A stretch of DNA of 64,000 bases from Thermoplasmatota archaeon. Its GTDB lineage: Archaea > Thermoplasmatota > E2 > DHVEG-1. Made by a program: the position numbers and the translations under genes. The stretch is from assembly GCA_038884455.1 (NCBI GenBank), contig JAWABU010000001.1, forward strand, positions 11,263 to 75,262, read 5' to 3'. The notes under the pieces were generated by a model that worked only from the letters and a program-made list of their open reading frames with translations, did no database searches and had not been told where the DNA came from. This document shows positions 1 through 15,594 of the stretch, piece by piece (position 1 is the first letter of the stretch; each line of letters starts with the position of its first letter).

Positions 1-316
1 CAATTGTTTCATTCCGAGATGATGAATTCAGTGTAACCAGCGCAGTACTATACCAATACAACGCAAAATCAAAATAATAATTACCGACCTCTCGAGCCTC
101 ACGAGCCGCATCCATCTTTATCGACCCTTGGAGGAAAAAATCAGTGAAATTTTCATTGGTACTCGTAATCGTCGTAATCTCTGTTGCATGCTCAATTCTA
201 ATCGTATCAATGGTCGACCGATTGACAATATCAGCAACAAAATAAGTAATAATAATCGCACCAATCATAATCGACACAAGCATAATAAACATATTTTTTG
301 TAAATTCACGAGCCAT
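1..316 (-). CDS. Hypothetical membrane-anchored protein, N-terminal part only; the CDS runs off the window start.
   Basis: Open frame of 105 codons with no stop from the ATG at 316 (minus) to position 1. A GGTGAGGT Shine-Dalgarno-like motif sits 5 nt upstream. N-terminal hydrophobic helix MFIMLVSIMIGAIIITYFV followed by a Thr/Ser-rich segment. Missing from the ORF track because it has no in-window stop. Confidence 0.5.
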   Translation of the reverse strand, partial: MAREFTKNMFIMLVSIMIGAIIITYFVADIVNRSTIDTIRIEHATEITTITSTNENFTDFFLQGSIKMDAAREAREVGNYYFDFALYWYSTALVTLNSSSRNETI

Positions 317-466
317 AGCTACCTCACCATCATTGTTTACTAGCATCATAAGCATCAACTAGCTGCTTATAAAATCATCTATCAGCTCATCAAAAGATTA
401 AAAAAAGAGCAGGGTTTTACCCTCCTCTGCAATCAACCACTTTTTACAAGTGTTACAAAAAACCCT

Positions 467-539
467 GCCCCGGTAGTGTAGTGGCCTATCATGAAGCCCT
501 GTCGAGGCTTCGACCTGGGTTCAAATCCCAGCCGGGGCG
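467..539 (+). tRNA. tRNA-Asp (anticodon GTC)
   Basis: 73-nt cloverleaf: acceptor GCCCCGG/CCGGGGC, anticodon arm AAGCC-CTGTCGA-GGCTT with anticodon GUC, T-arm GGGTTCAAATCCC. Resembles archaeal tRNA-Asp. CCA is not encoded. Confidence 0.85.
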
Positions 540-601
540 TTCCAACTCTTCTATACCAGATAGAACTGTCTTCGAATTTTGAGAAAAACTGATGTGATGT
601 A

Positions 602-3600
602 TTATCCTTGTAGTATCACCACGAGAATTTTCTTGATCAACACCACAGATCCAACCTGATGCTGATCTGCGTCATACAACCGTGCAGATAACTCATAAAA
701 ACCTGACGGAATACTGAGATTTACGATTGCACCATCAGAAACATTCGTATCCCAGCAGGTATACGTTTTTTTAAGAAACTGTTGCGTTGCAACAAACTCA
801 ACAGCAACAGCATTGTCAGGAATTTCTGCAGCAGCACATACTAAAACATTGAAATCAACTACAACTGCAACACCAAGACGAGTAAGCAGGTGTACGGGTC
901 CGATTTTATCATGGTTCGTAATATAAAGATACCCAATTTGATAGATCCCCTTCTCCGAACAACGCACAGTTCGACGATCAATACCCCGAAGCCCTGCCTG
1001 ATCAACACTAATCACCAAAATATCATATGTTTCTCCATACGACGCAGAAAAACTGGTGTCAAACCATTTGATTTTCTCTCCAGTATATGTTGCATTGAAC
1101 AGTATATCACTCCCACGTCTGATCTCAATGCGTTGTATCCCAGATCCAGAAGCATATTCAGTTACCGAACCATTAATTCGAATTAACCCTTGAAATACCA
1201 GTTCAGGAGGTTTCACAATTGTGACCATCGGAGGACTTCGGTCAAGCGCAATATTTGTTATCACATGATGCGGTGTTTCTTCATTCTCAGCAGTATCCTT
1301 TGACCAGTACTCAATCATATTATCAGGCCGTTCAGACGTAATAAACGGCGGGTTTGCTGGATCATACACCTTTGTCTCACCTTGGTTCATCCGATAGAAC
1401 GTCGTGATATTACTTGGAGCTGAATCATTATCAGACACCACAAACGTACATCGAATTGGTTTGGTATACCAATTATTACTCCCATCAGGAACCGCAGGGT
1501 CGAACAAAATCTGAGTATGTGGCGGTTCCATATCTGCATATCGATACCAGCTGATATTCCATGCGTCAACAACAGGTGAGCTTGTTGGTACGGAACGGGT
1601 AAGCGTTGCACGAAGTCTGCAGCTCCGCTCCGACATCGCTGATAAATCCTCACCGGGATTCACATCTGCACGTAAAACAACAGTCCCATCAGCATTCAAA
1701 ATATCAAACCGGACAACACCAACTGGAACTGTATATGCTGCAGAAAAACGATGCCAGCGAATAAACTCACTATCTGGAGTGATCACCGTTGATGTAACCA
1801 CTGCATTGGTAATCAGTTTATACTCCTCTCCAAGAGCATAACTGACAAATGGTGATCCGACCTTCTGGGTGATACTCCACACCGATCCAAATGCATCAGC
1901 ATACAATGAAACCACATCTCGCTCATCCTCCCAAATACAGAAAATATTACCCTCACCGACTGCAAGATTATTCCAATCAACATTCTGCGACGACCCATCA
2001 GTCAGCTGCACCTCAGCACCATGGATAACTCCTGAAGATGAGACAAGTTTTCCCCAAATCCCAGTACTTCCCCCAAGAATGCTATCATACGAAACAAAAA
2101 ACATACTGTTAAAAAACGGCACAACATCAGTTCGAATGTTACTCGTTCCCGGTGTTATAATAAAATTCGTGATCACTGTTGCACCATTCACATCAAGGAT
2201 TTTCCCCCAGATATTACCATCGTAACTCGAACGAACTGTAGGATCAACACTGATATCAGCATCATTCCACGTTACCAGATACCGCTGGGAAACCGGATTG
2301 TAAACAACCGCTGGGAAGATATGATCAACCGTCGAACTACCAGTAGCAATCGATATCGTTGAACCATTTTGTACTGGTTGTCCTCCAGGACCTGTTGGAG
2401 AAAAACGTCTTGCCTTCAAACTAAACGGTCCTATCTGAGGATCATACCCATCTTCATAGACAACGAAAAAATTCCCCTGTTCATCAGAACATACCCATGG
2501 ATCAGACTGACAATGCACTTCCCCAGGGGTGACACAAAACTCAACATAGGACGTCCCACTGGGAAAATAGATTTTCCCCCAGATGTCATAGTTATCAGCA
2601 CCAGCCCGTGCATCCTCCCATACAACCATAAAGCGATTCGTTCTAGCATCATAGCACACATGCGGATCATACTGCCCGCCATCAGCATTGCTACAAATTG
2701 TAAATCGCGAAAGCACGGTTCCATTGAGTGCGACAAAAGCTCCTTTGATATCTGATTTAAATCGATCAGCAATTGTTGCTGGATTTTCCTCCCAGCAGAC
2801 AAAAAATTTACCAGCGCCATATGCAATCGATGGGTTCTCTGCATGATACGAAGTATCATCAGGTCGTGAAATTCTGATATCTCCGGTTTCTTTTGGTGGC
2901 TGCGGATTTGATCCATTCACATCAAAGGTTCTACCTAGGATCACTGAAGGAAGCGAACGTTCGAGATAATAACCAAGATCCTCGGGTCCAAGTCGTTCCT
3001 CCCAAGCGGTCAGAAAACGTCCGCCGCCATAGGCAACATCTGGATCCCATGCTCCTTCATTTTCATTTTTATACGAGATCATAACATCAGGTTGCGTGAG
3101 GTCCTGCCACGTGAACACACTATTAAAATTTCCTTGATCAACCGCAGTTGGATTTCCATAAAACAAATACATCGTTATGGTTTGCTGCGGAGCGATATAT
3201 GGAATTAACACGAGGACACGTGCTGAAACACCCATAGTTCGCTCTAAAATCCAATACTCATAGGAAATTCCCTGAGCGTTTGTAAAACGAAGATCATCAT
3301 AATCAGTCTGCATGTCAGAATCATAGGGAATATTCAGCTCAAGAACATAGTTATGAAGACCAACCAACCCGGTATTTGTAATATTGATGGGACGCATTCG
3401 CGTAAACGATGGATTCGTCCAAGCTGCATACGTATTCTGCATTGTGATAACTCCTGCTGACGTATCAATTGAACAGTTTCTCGTCAAACCAACATCGATT
3501 CGACCAGTATCAAAAAAATCATCGTGCCATACAACTAAGGAACCACCACGATCCTGAAAACCTCTAGAAAGCATCGTCGTTTCCACAGATCGAATCTGGG

Positions 3601-3670
3601 CTACTGACAAAAGCATTCCCAGACTAAGGAGAACGGTACTGACAATTGTTCTGAGTTTTATTTCCCCCAT
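602..3670 (-). CDS. Large secreted protein: N-terminal DUF2341-like domain followed by at least seven tandem ~45-aa repeats (beta-propeller-like?).
   Basis: Long ORF. Probable start is Met MGEIKLRTIV... at 3670, giving a signal peptide. The segment DYDDLRFTNAQGISYEYWILE...VLVLIPYI...YLFYGNP matches the DUF2341 signature. Repeats share the pattern DP.VAY...F.VVWED....IWGK. Confidence 0.8.
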   Translation of the reverse strand: MGEIKLRTIVSTVLLSLGMLLSVAQIRSVETTMLSRGFQDRGGSLVVWHDDFFDTGRIDVGLTRNCSIDTSAGVITMQNTYAAWTNPSFTRMRPINITNTGLVGLHNYVLELNIPYDSDMQTDYDDLRFTNAQGISYEYWILERTMGVSARVLVLIPYIAPQQTITMYLFYGNPTAVDQGNFNSVFTWQDLTQPDVMISYKNENEGAWDPDVAYGGGRFLTAWEERLGPEDLGYYLERSLPSVILGRTFDVNGSNPQPPKETGDIRISRPDDTSYHAENPSIAYGAGKFFVCWEENPATIADRFKSDIKGAFVALNGTVLSRFTICSNADGGQYDPHVCYDARTNRFMVVWEDARAGADNYDIWGKIYFPSGTSYVEFCVTPGEVHCQSDPWVCSDEQGNFFVVYEDGYDPQIGPFSLKARRFSPTGPGGQPVQNGSTISIATGSSTVDHIFPAVVYNPVSQRYLVTWNDADISVDPTVRSSYDGNIWGKILDVNGATVITNFIITPGTSNIRTDVVPFFNSMFFVSYDSILGGSTGIWGKLVSSSGVIHGAEVQLTDGSSQNVDWNNLAVGEGNIFCIWEDERDVVSLYADAFGSVWSITQKVGSPFVSYALGEEYKLITNAVVTSTVITPDSEFIRWHRFSAAYTVPVGVVRFDILNADGTVVLRADVNPGEDLSAMSERSCRLRATLTRSVPTSSPVVDAWNISWYRYADMEPPHTQILFDPAVPDGSNNWYTKPIRCTFVVSDNDSAPSNITTFYRMNQGETKVYDPANPPFITSERPDNMIEYWSKDTAENEETPHHVITNIALDRSPPMVTIVKPPELVFQGLIRINGSVTEYASGSGIQRIEIRRGSDILFNATYTGEKIKWFDTSFSASYGETYDILVISVDQAGLRGIDRRTVRCSEKGIYQIGYLYITNHDKIGPVHLLTRLGVAVVVDFNVLVCAAAEIPDNAVAVEFVATQQFLKKTYTCWDTNVSDGAIVNLSIPSGFYELSARLYDADQHQVGSVVLIKKILVVILQG

Positions 3671-3713
3671 GTTTTCCTCATTCTCTTCTTTTTCAGAGAA
3701 CTGCTTAATTTTT

Positions 3714-6395
3714 TTACGGCCAGGGCACTGTATACCACTGATGTTTCCATAAGATCTGCAACGTCCAATCACCCGGCAGTGGAGTGTCACCAAGAATCCA
3801 AATACGAATCAATTGTCCATTCTGAGCATGCCATTGAATCGTCCGAGTAATATCAATAAAATTCTGACCACTCAGTCTGAATCCATACCAATAATTACCA
3901 CTCTGTGAAGGGTCAAAACCAGCCTCAAGGTTGAACTGATCACCAACCGGTTGACCAAACGTATGAATCGTCACATATCCAGTTTCCTGTAACGACCAGG
4001 TAAATTTTACCTTTCGATTTGCAAAAAACGAAACAGACCCCTGGAGTTTAAATCCTGGTGTTGTTGTGTTTACAAAAGTCACTGCAACATTTTTATTTAC
4101 CTGCAACTCCAGCATCCCTGATTCACCAATGTTCCATGTTGCGGCAATACTCAACAGATCACTATCAACATGTACCGAAATATCAACTGCATCTAAGGAA
4201 AGAATACGACCTGACCACTGCAAATTTCGAATCTGATTCCCAACCTTATCCCAAGAAATCATGAGATGATCACTGGTTTGTATCCCAAGACCAAACCTCA
4301 GCATCAGACTTCCTTGATCATGCACGGTAAGCGTAGTATACAGCAGCTGATCACCACCGGTAATCACCGAAAGAACACCATGATTGTTCTGCGCATCAGG
4401 AAGATCCCAGACAAGCTCAGTATGATTGTTTTTTAACTCCAACGTATTTGTAATTGTCCATCCTGCATGACTTACAGAAAACGTCACCGTTGGTTCGCCA
4501 CCAACTGCAGTACTCCGCATCATAGTAATATGACCTCTTCGATCAGATCGGTTGACATCCCATGCTATTTGAACAAACGTCGTACTCAGTTCAAGTGTTT
4601 TTGAAAACACCCAATCTTTGTACTGAATCGTTGTCGTAGAAAGCAATGACGCCTCAGGGCTACGTTCAAGAGTTATCATTCCCGTCCCCTGTAAAATCTT
4701 AATATCCCATGAAAGTTTTACAAATGCACATGCAAGAATAAACGTTTTTGTCACGGAAACCTCACCAAAACGCAACCCTACATCGAGCGTTCGCGGTTCA
4801 TCGTAATCCCGTACAATATGAATATATCCAGTTCCTCCTGCAACATCAATAAAACTGTCACATCGAATCATCTTTGGCACCTGCGTGATTCGCATAAACG
4901 GTTCATACACCCCAGAGAAATACAAACCAAGCTCTTCAACATCAGACGACATATTCAGTTCAGCGAAACTTTGTGCAGACAGATCACCAAGCACACCCAA
5001 TTCAAGACCCCATGCTGCATGAATGCGCTGTGGGAGATTACTGACTGCAAAACAAACAAGTGTACCATTTTGCTCTGAATCAAGGCTATAAGAGATGTCA
5101 TATGGCCGATCTGACTCATAGAGAAACTCTCGAGATCCAAGAATAGTTAAATCAAACTTCATGTAACTTGGCAACGGGTCGATCACAAATCGCTGAATAA
5201 TAGCATCAAGAATACCGCCCTCTGCACGAAATGAAATTCTTGTTGACACACCAGCGCTTTTGCCGAACTCATATGAAATGGTTGCCTGTGTAGGAACCGC
5301 GGTGATCGTAAGTTCAGTTGCAGGATCAAATTCAACAGAAAAACATCGAGAAAACACTTCATGACCCTCACCATCAACAGTCGTATACTGGGTAAAAAAC
5401 GTTACCTGGGAACCAGTCTCAAGAGAATCAGGTTGTATTATTAATCGAACAACCCGGGGATCATCAAGATGCTCTCGGCCGACAAAAAACGATGTCGTCA
5501 CCTTATTGATACCATCTCCAACCGCAGTGGATCGATACCCAATTTGCGTACTGAAAAAAGGATTATTCTTGGTATCAAGCTCACCACCGGAAAGAAGGAC
5601 AAACGGAAAACGAACCTCTAACGAAGCCTCATAATTTTTCGACGTATCACAGCTGGTTTCAAGATGAAATCTCGTTTCAATAACATTCTCAGAATTCTGT
5701 GTTATCTTTGTTCGGGTGAAACGCAGCTCAACAGCTGTATCATCTTTTGACTGCATACTTGTAAGAAAACGCTTCGTTTCACCAGTTGTAAGCATCGAGT
5801 TAAAATCAGCGATTCCGAGATTCAACGGTGTCCTAAGCGTCATACCATTATCATACCGAGTATTGATCCACACGCCAAAATCATCACGACCTATTTTGAC
5901 AAACAAGACTTTTATCAAATCGCGAGCACATTCTTGATCTTGATCATCAAAACCATACACCCGAATCGTATACAACCCAGATGAAAGCCCCAGATCCATT
6001 GAAAAACCATTAATAGTGTTATAATCCCATCGTTCAGTTTTCCACCCTGTTGCCATCTGCGTTGCCTCAAATCGTACATGATGCACATCGACTGATTCAG
6101 TGTCAATAGTAAGACTCCGACCGACAACCACAGCAAGACCAAGATGAAAGATATTCGGTAACTTCATCGGGCGAAGACGAAAAAGATACAACTGACCAGC
6201 GACAGGATATGTAATTACAAGTGATGACTGCAAACCTACGGTTGCAGATCGTTGAGATTGCACAACAATTGGTTGTTCTGGTTGATCAGAAAGCAATTCA
6301 TATTGAGTGAGATGAAAAACAGCAGCGCGATACGGCGTAGAAAACATCAAAAAAACCAAACAGAATAGTATTCCTCCTACTACCCTCTTTTTCAT
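3714..6395 (-). CDS. Large secreted hypothetical protein (893 aa) with N-terminal signal peptide.
   Basis: Long ORF on the same strand immediately upstream of the DUF2341 protein (43-nt gap). N-terminus MKKRVVGGILFCLVFLMFSTPYRAA is a typical signal peptide. No recognisable catalytic motifs. Confidence 0.75.
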   Translation of the reverse strand: MKKRVVGGILFCLVFLMFSTPYRAAVFHLTQYELLSDQPEQPIVVQSQRSATVGLQSSLVITYPVAGQLYLFRLRPMKLPNIFHLGLAVVVGRSLTIDTESVDVHHVRFEATQMATGWKTERWDYNTINGFSMDLGLSSGLYTIRVYGFDDQDQECARDLIKVLFVKIGRDDFGVWINTRYDNGMTLRTPLNLGIADFNSMLTTGETKRFLTSMQSKDDTAVELRFTRTKITQNSENVIETRFHLETSCDTSKNYEASLEVRFPFVLLSGGELDTKNNPFFSTQIGYRSTAVGDGINKVTTSFFVGREHLDDPRVVRLIIQPDSLETGSQVTFFTQYTTVDGEGHEVFSRCFSVEFDPATELTITAVPTQATISYEFGKSAGVSTRISFRAEGGILDAIIQRFVIDPLPSYMKFDLTILGSREFLYESDRPYDISYSLDSEQNGTLVCFAVSNLPQRIHAAWGLELGVLGDLSAQSFAELNMSSDVEELGLYFSGVYEPFMRITQVPKMIRCDSFIDVAGGTGYIHIVRDYDEPRTLDVGLRFGEVSVTKTFILACAFVKLSWDIKILQGTGMITLERSPEASLLSTTTIQYKDWVFSKTLELSTTFVQIAWDVNRSDRRGHITMMRSTAVGGEPTVTFSVSHAGWTITNTLELKNNHTELVWDLPDAQNNHGVLSVITGGDQLLYTTLTVHDQGSLMLRFGLGIQTSDHLMISWDKVGNQIRNLQWSGRILSLDAVDISVHVDSDLLSIAATWNIGESGMLELQVNKNVAVTFVNTTTPGFKLQGSVSFFANRKVKFTWSLQETGYVTIHTFGQPVGDQFNLEAGFDPSQSGNYWYGFRLSGQNFIDITRTIQWHAQNGQLIRIWILGDTPLPGDWTLQILWKHQWYTVPWP

Positions 6396-6614
6396 GAATC
6401 ATTCACCTCTTCGTATGCTCCAGAGAGGTATCCCTCTAAAAAATTAACTCTCTTCACATATATATTAGGTGAAACAGGTATTTAACATTTATGTAAAAAA
6501 CAGGATTTTTCAGCAATCTGTGAAATCCTAACAGCGCAAACATGCAGAAAAAACATCAAAAATTACCTCAAGAAAAAGATACACAACTCATGCAAATACT
6601 ATAAGATTTGTAAG

Positions 6615-6868
<254 letters not shown>

Positions 6869-6908
6869 AATCACATGCAACCTGTTTAACGATTGAGCCA
6901 GATGATGA

Positions 6909-9820
<2,912 letters not shown>

Positions 9821-10008
9821 ATTTACGTCCAGGTTGCATATGCACCCATTACCAAACAACATCATCATTATTCTGGTAATGGAACGTTCATCGACACAAA
9901 CAACCACATGTCTAGACATGCGGCGGTCTCCGTTCTTATCAACTTATGTGCATTTCACACAAGCTGACGTTGAATTTCATGAGAGTATCTTTTTTAGGAA
10001 AATCGCAA

Positions 10009-10080
10009 TGGACCGGATGGGATTTGAACCCATGGCCTCCTGCTTGCAAAGCAGGCGATCTTCCGCTGATCTACCGGCCC
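10009..10080 (-). tRNA. tRNA-Ala (anticodon TGC) in the 16S-23S spacer
   Basis: Minus read GGGCCGGTAGATCAGCGGAAGATCGCCTGCTTTGCAAGCAGGAGGCCATGGGTTCAAATCCCATCCGGTCCA. Anticodon loop UUUGCAA. G3:U70 pair, the alanine identity element. Confidence 0.9.
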
Positions 10081-10203
10081 TTTCTATAATATAACTATCT
10101 ATATTATATTAGGAGCCGATGGAATTCAGTTACCCTTAATATAGTTTTCTTTTTGATCGACGTGCGATTTTTCAGTGTCTACTACATCTGCCGTTATTTT
10201 CGT

Positions 10204-11672
<1,469 letters not shown>

Positions 11673-11935
11673 TCGCACACTATTATTATTGTCCTATACA
11701 ACTTTATTTGAATTTGGCAGGTGTAGTAAATATCACCAAATTGCACGTCAATCGTCGGGTTTAAGAGTGCGCAAGTACCCTCTTAAGATACTTGATTTTC
11801 TTAAACCTCCACATCCATATGTTGCCCAGATGTGAAACGACCTACTCACAGACAATACAATACTGTACTCTTATAGGTCAACCGGAATAATCCGGGCAGG
11901 TAACTAATTGAGGTAAACACACCGAATAGAATTAT

Positions 11936-11947
11936 GATATATAAATC
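11936..11947 (-). promoter_or_regulatory. Candidate TATA box (TTTATATATC, minus strand) for the rRNA operon, about 260 nt upstream of the 16S 5-prime end.
   Basis: Plus strand GATATATAAA at about 11936-11945. Match to the archaeal TTTATATA consensus in the AT-rich leader. No other strong TATA element lies closer to the 16S. Confidence 0.35.
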
Positions 11948-12166
11948 TTACACTGACTTGGCCTGCGATGTTCAGTGCTCATACGTCTATTAAGCTATCA
12001 CTAGTAGTTTATATCAATTTTAAGAGATTCAAGGTTTTCATCAAACAAATCCTTTCAATGATTTTCTTGAAAATAATCACTAACTAATGTCTCTGTAAAA
12101 ATTAGATGAAAAAAACCAAAAACCTCAAAGTGAGAAGCAGTATGATACCAAACGAAGAACTACGAG

Positions 12167-12659
12167 TTATAGATATTGAATAACTTCTGTTATCCGAGGA
12201 TTACGGATACCTTGTCGTCGTATTGGCACAATGGTTTCAAGGAGCTGAAGTTCTGAAGCATATCCCTGAAAACGATCGTTAAACCGTTCAACAAATCGTT
12301 TTGCTGTGACGATACTATCTGCTTGGAAGGTAAAAATGCCGTCAACACATCCATGAACATATTCAATGTTTTCAATGCGGATTTGTCCAGGTGGGAGAAG
12401 ATCATCTAACTGTGTGTTCATAATTTCATTGAGTACTTTATCATCAAGTGGCTTTGTCGTTCTTTTCATTAGCATGATAAAATGTTTTCTTTCAGAATAC
12501 TCGTCGTCGACCACGGCAGAATATCCCCAAATGACTTTTTCTCGTTCCAGTTTTTTAATGATACGCCATACTTTCTGATGTGAAAATTTACATTTTTTTG
12601 CGATGACATCAATGCTTTCTTTCGCCTCAGTTTGAAGAACATCAAGTACTTTTTTTCAT
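12167..12659 (-). CDS. Lrp/AsnC-family transcriptional regulator. The reading frame is broken by a frameshift in an A7 tract directly after the start codon, so this is a possible pseudogene, sequencing error or slippage site.
   Basis: ATG at 12659-12657 is followed by AAAAAAA. With one fewer A the frame reads MKKVLDVLQTEAKESIDVIAKKCKFSHQKVWRIIKKLEREKVIWGYSAVVDDEY... (HTH_AsnC plus RAM domain, continuous to the stop at 12167). As sequenced, ATG AAA AAA AGT ACT TGA stops. The ORF track recovers only the downstream 115 aa from the GTG at 12514. Confidence 0.6.
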
Positions 12660-12727
12660 CTTGATGTATCTGTCTACTACTACTTCGTCCCATATATTTT
12701 CCCCACGATTTCGTTTTTGGAACAGTA

Positions 12728-12799
12728 TGGACTGGGCGGGATTTGAACCCGCGGCCTCCGCCTTGCGAAGGCGGCGATCTTCCGCTGATCTACCAGCCC
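12728..12799 (-). tRNA. tRNA-Ala (anticodon CGC)
   Basis: Minus read GGGCTGGTAGATCAGCGGAAGATCGCCGCCTTCGCAAGGCGGAGGCCGCGGGTTCAAATCCCGCCCAGTCCA. Anticodon loop UUCGCAA. G3:U70 present. Confidence 0.85.
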
Positions 12800-12855
12800 T
12801 CAGCGAGATTGCACGGCAAGGTAAGGAGGCATCTCTATTTGATTGTTTCTCTTTT

Positions 12856-14094
12856 TTATTTACAGGTGACCAATGGTCTGTTTTTTGCTTTTTTTAACGC
12901 TTCAACAACAGCAAGTTTTTCCCCCATCATAAATTTTTCAAGGGCACCGCCACCAGTACTGACATGCGATATTTTTTTATTGAGTTGAAGTTGTTCAAGT
13001 GCAGCAACCGTATGACCACCACCTGCTATCGAAAAAGCTTTTGATTCCGCTATAAAGGTGAATATTTCTTCAGTGCCTCTGCGGAAGAGTTGGTTTTCAA
13101 ATACACCGCAGGGTCCTGAAACAAATATGGTTTTCGCAGTCGATAAAATCCGTTTAAACTCATCAATCGTCTTTGTACCTATATCAAAAAGATTGTAGTT
13201 ACAGGGTAGTTCTTTTACCGACAGCTCTCTTCGTCGCCCATTCTCCTCGTATGCAAAATCACTGGGAAGAACAATTCTTTTTTGGAACTTTGTATATATC
13301 TTTTTGATATCGGCAAAGACTTCAGGAGTTCCATCCTCACCAAAAGCTTGTTCGTTTTTTTCACCAAGCTGGACACCTTGTGCTTTGAGAAACGCATTAG
13401 CAGTTAAACCTGTAAGCAGAACAGTATCAGCAATATTATTAGTTAACACTCGGTCAATGGTAACAACAACATCAGCAAATTTTGCTCCACCAAACATAAA
13501 AACTGATGGTTTTTCAGGGTTGCTTACCGCCTTTTCAAGAGTTGTAAGTTCTTTTTCAAGAAGTCTGCCTGCTGCTGAAGGAAGCACCACCGTGAAACCG
13601 GTTAGCGAGCATTGTGCGCGGTGTGCTGCAGCAAAAGCATCATTGACGTAGAAATCAGCAAGAGGATACAAGTTTTGAACAAGCGGTGATTTTGCATGTT
13701 CCTCGGGTGGTTTTTTTTCTGTTTCACCTGCAAATTTTCTCATGTTATCTAGAAAAATAATTTCACCTGGCTTCATCTGTCGTATTGCGTTTTTCGCTTT
13801 TTCTCCAAATATGTCATTGATAAAGGTAACTTTTTTTCCGAGGAGTTGTTGTAGTTTTTCTGCATGTCGTTGCATGTCAATAAAATCCCAACTCCCCTGT
13901 TTGCCTTGATGCGCGAGAATCACGATTTTTGCTTTTTTCTGGATAAGTTCCTGAATGGTTGGAAGTGCCAATCTAATTCGTGTATCATCAGCAATATTGA
14001 GTGTTTTCTTATCAAGAGGCATGTTGAAATCAACACGCAGTAATACCGTTTTATTTTCAAATTGAAAATCATCTAAGGTGTTATATGGTTTCAT
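12856..14094 (-). CDS. pgk: Phosphoglycerate kinase
   Basis: 412 aa. N-terminus MKPYNTLDDFQFENKTVLLRVDFNMPLD and PGK-like fold throughout, including the GGGA...E C-terminal motif region. Confidence 0.9.
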   Translation of the reverse strand: MKPYNTLDDFQFENKTVLLRVDFNMPLDKKTLNIADDTRIRLALPTIQELIQKKAKIVILAHQGKQGSWDFIDMQRHAEKLQQLLGKKVTFINDIFGEKAKNAIRQMKPGEIIFLDNMRKFAGETEKKPPEEHAKSPLVQNLYPLADFYVNDAFAAAHRAQCSLTGFTVVLPSAAGRLLEKELTTLEKAVSNPEKPSVFMFGGAKFADVVVTIDRVLTNNIADTVLLTGLTANAFLKAQGVQLGEKNEQAFGEDGTPEVFADIKKIYTKFQKRIVLPSDFAYEENGRRRELSVKELPCNYNLFDIGTKTIDEFKRILSTAKTIFVSGPCGVFENQLFRRGTEEIFTFIAESKAFSIAGGGHTVAALEQLQLNKKISHVSTGGGALEKFMMGEKLAVVEALKKAKNRPLVTCK

Positions 14095-14208
14095 AATATT
14101 TCTTCCTCCTCAAGTGGGACATATCGCATATGCATTATTTAAACCTTTAAGTTTATTTGATAAAAAAAAGAAAAAATAGATGAAAGACCTCTCGTTTTAT
14201 GAGGGGGG

Positions 14209-14445
14209 TTATTGTTTAATTTTTGATGCGACACGTGCAATCCATATCGTCATAACTACTGCGAGTATGGTAACGATGATTGCATAGAGCCATGGACCAA
14301 ACTGCGTAAGTCCAAGTTGATCGATGGCATTTTTTATTGCTTCATTCCATGCAAGTGCCGCAATCAAACCAAATGCTGCTGTGATCAATGCCGCCATTTT
14401 ATCAATAATTTCAGCTTTGATTGACAATTCTCTTTCCTCCCGCAT
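14209..14445 (-). CDS. Small hypothetical membrane protein (78 aa) between gap and pgk.
   Basis: Two predicted hydrophobic helices (LITAAFGLIAALAW, LYAIIVTILAVVMTIWIA). In-operon position. Hairpin plus T-tract downstream on the minus strand. Confidence 0.45.
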   Translation of the reverse strand: MREERELSIKAEIIDKMAALITAAFGLIAALAWNEAIKNAIDQLGLTQFGPWLYAIIVTILAVVMTIWIARVASKIKQ

Positions 14446-14515
14446 AGATGAGAACTCTGAGGTCCTTATTAAACCTTTTTTTATTTTTTAGTTTAGAAAA
14501 AAATTGGGGAATGTA

Positions 14516-15565
<1,050 letters not shown>

Positions 15566-15594
15566 CTACCACAGCAACCAAAGATGCATCGTTT

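Noticed and set aside
128-343. 71-aa plus-strand ORF from the six-frame track.
   Set aside because: It is antisense to the better-supported minus-strand CDS (RBS GGTGAGGT, TM helix). Its composition is low-complexity (N/R/H-rich) and it has no start context.
12366-12693. Track ORFs 12469-12693 (minus) and 12366-12578 (plus) around the Lrp gene.
   Set aside because: They are alternative-frame artefacts produced by the frameshifted Lrp/AsnC gene. The Lrp frame gives a coherent HTH protein while these do not.
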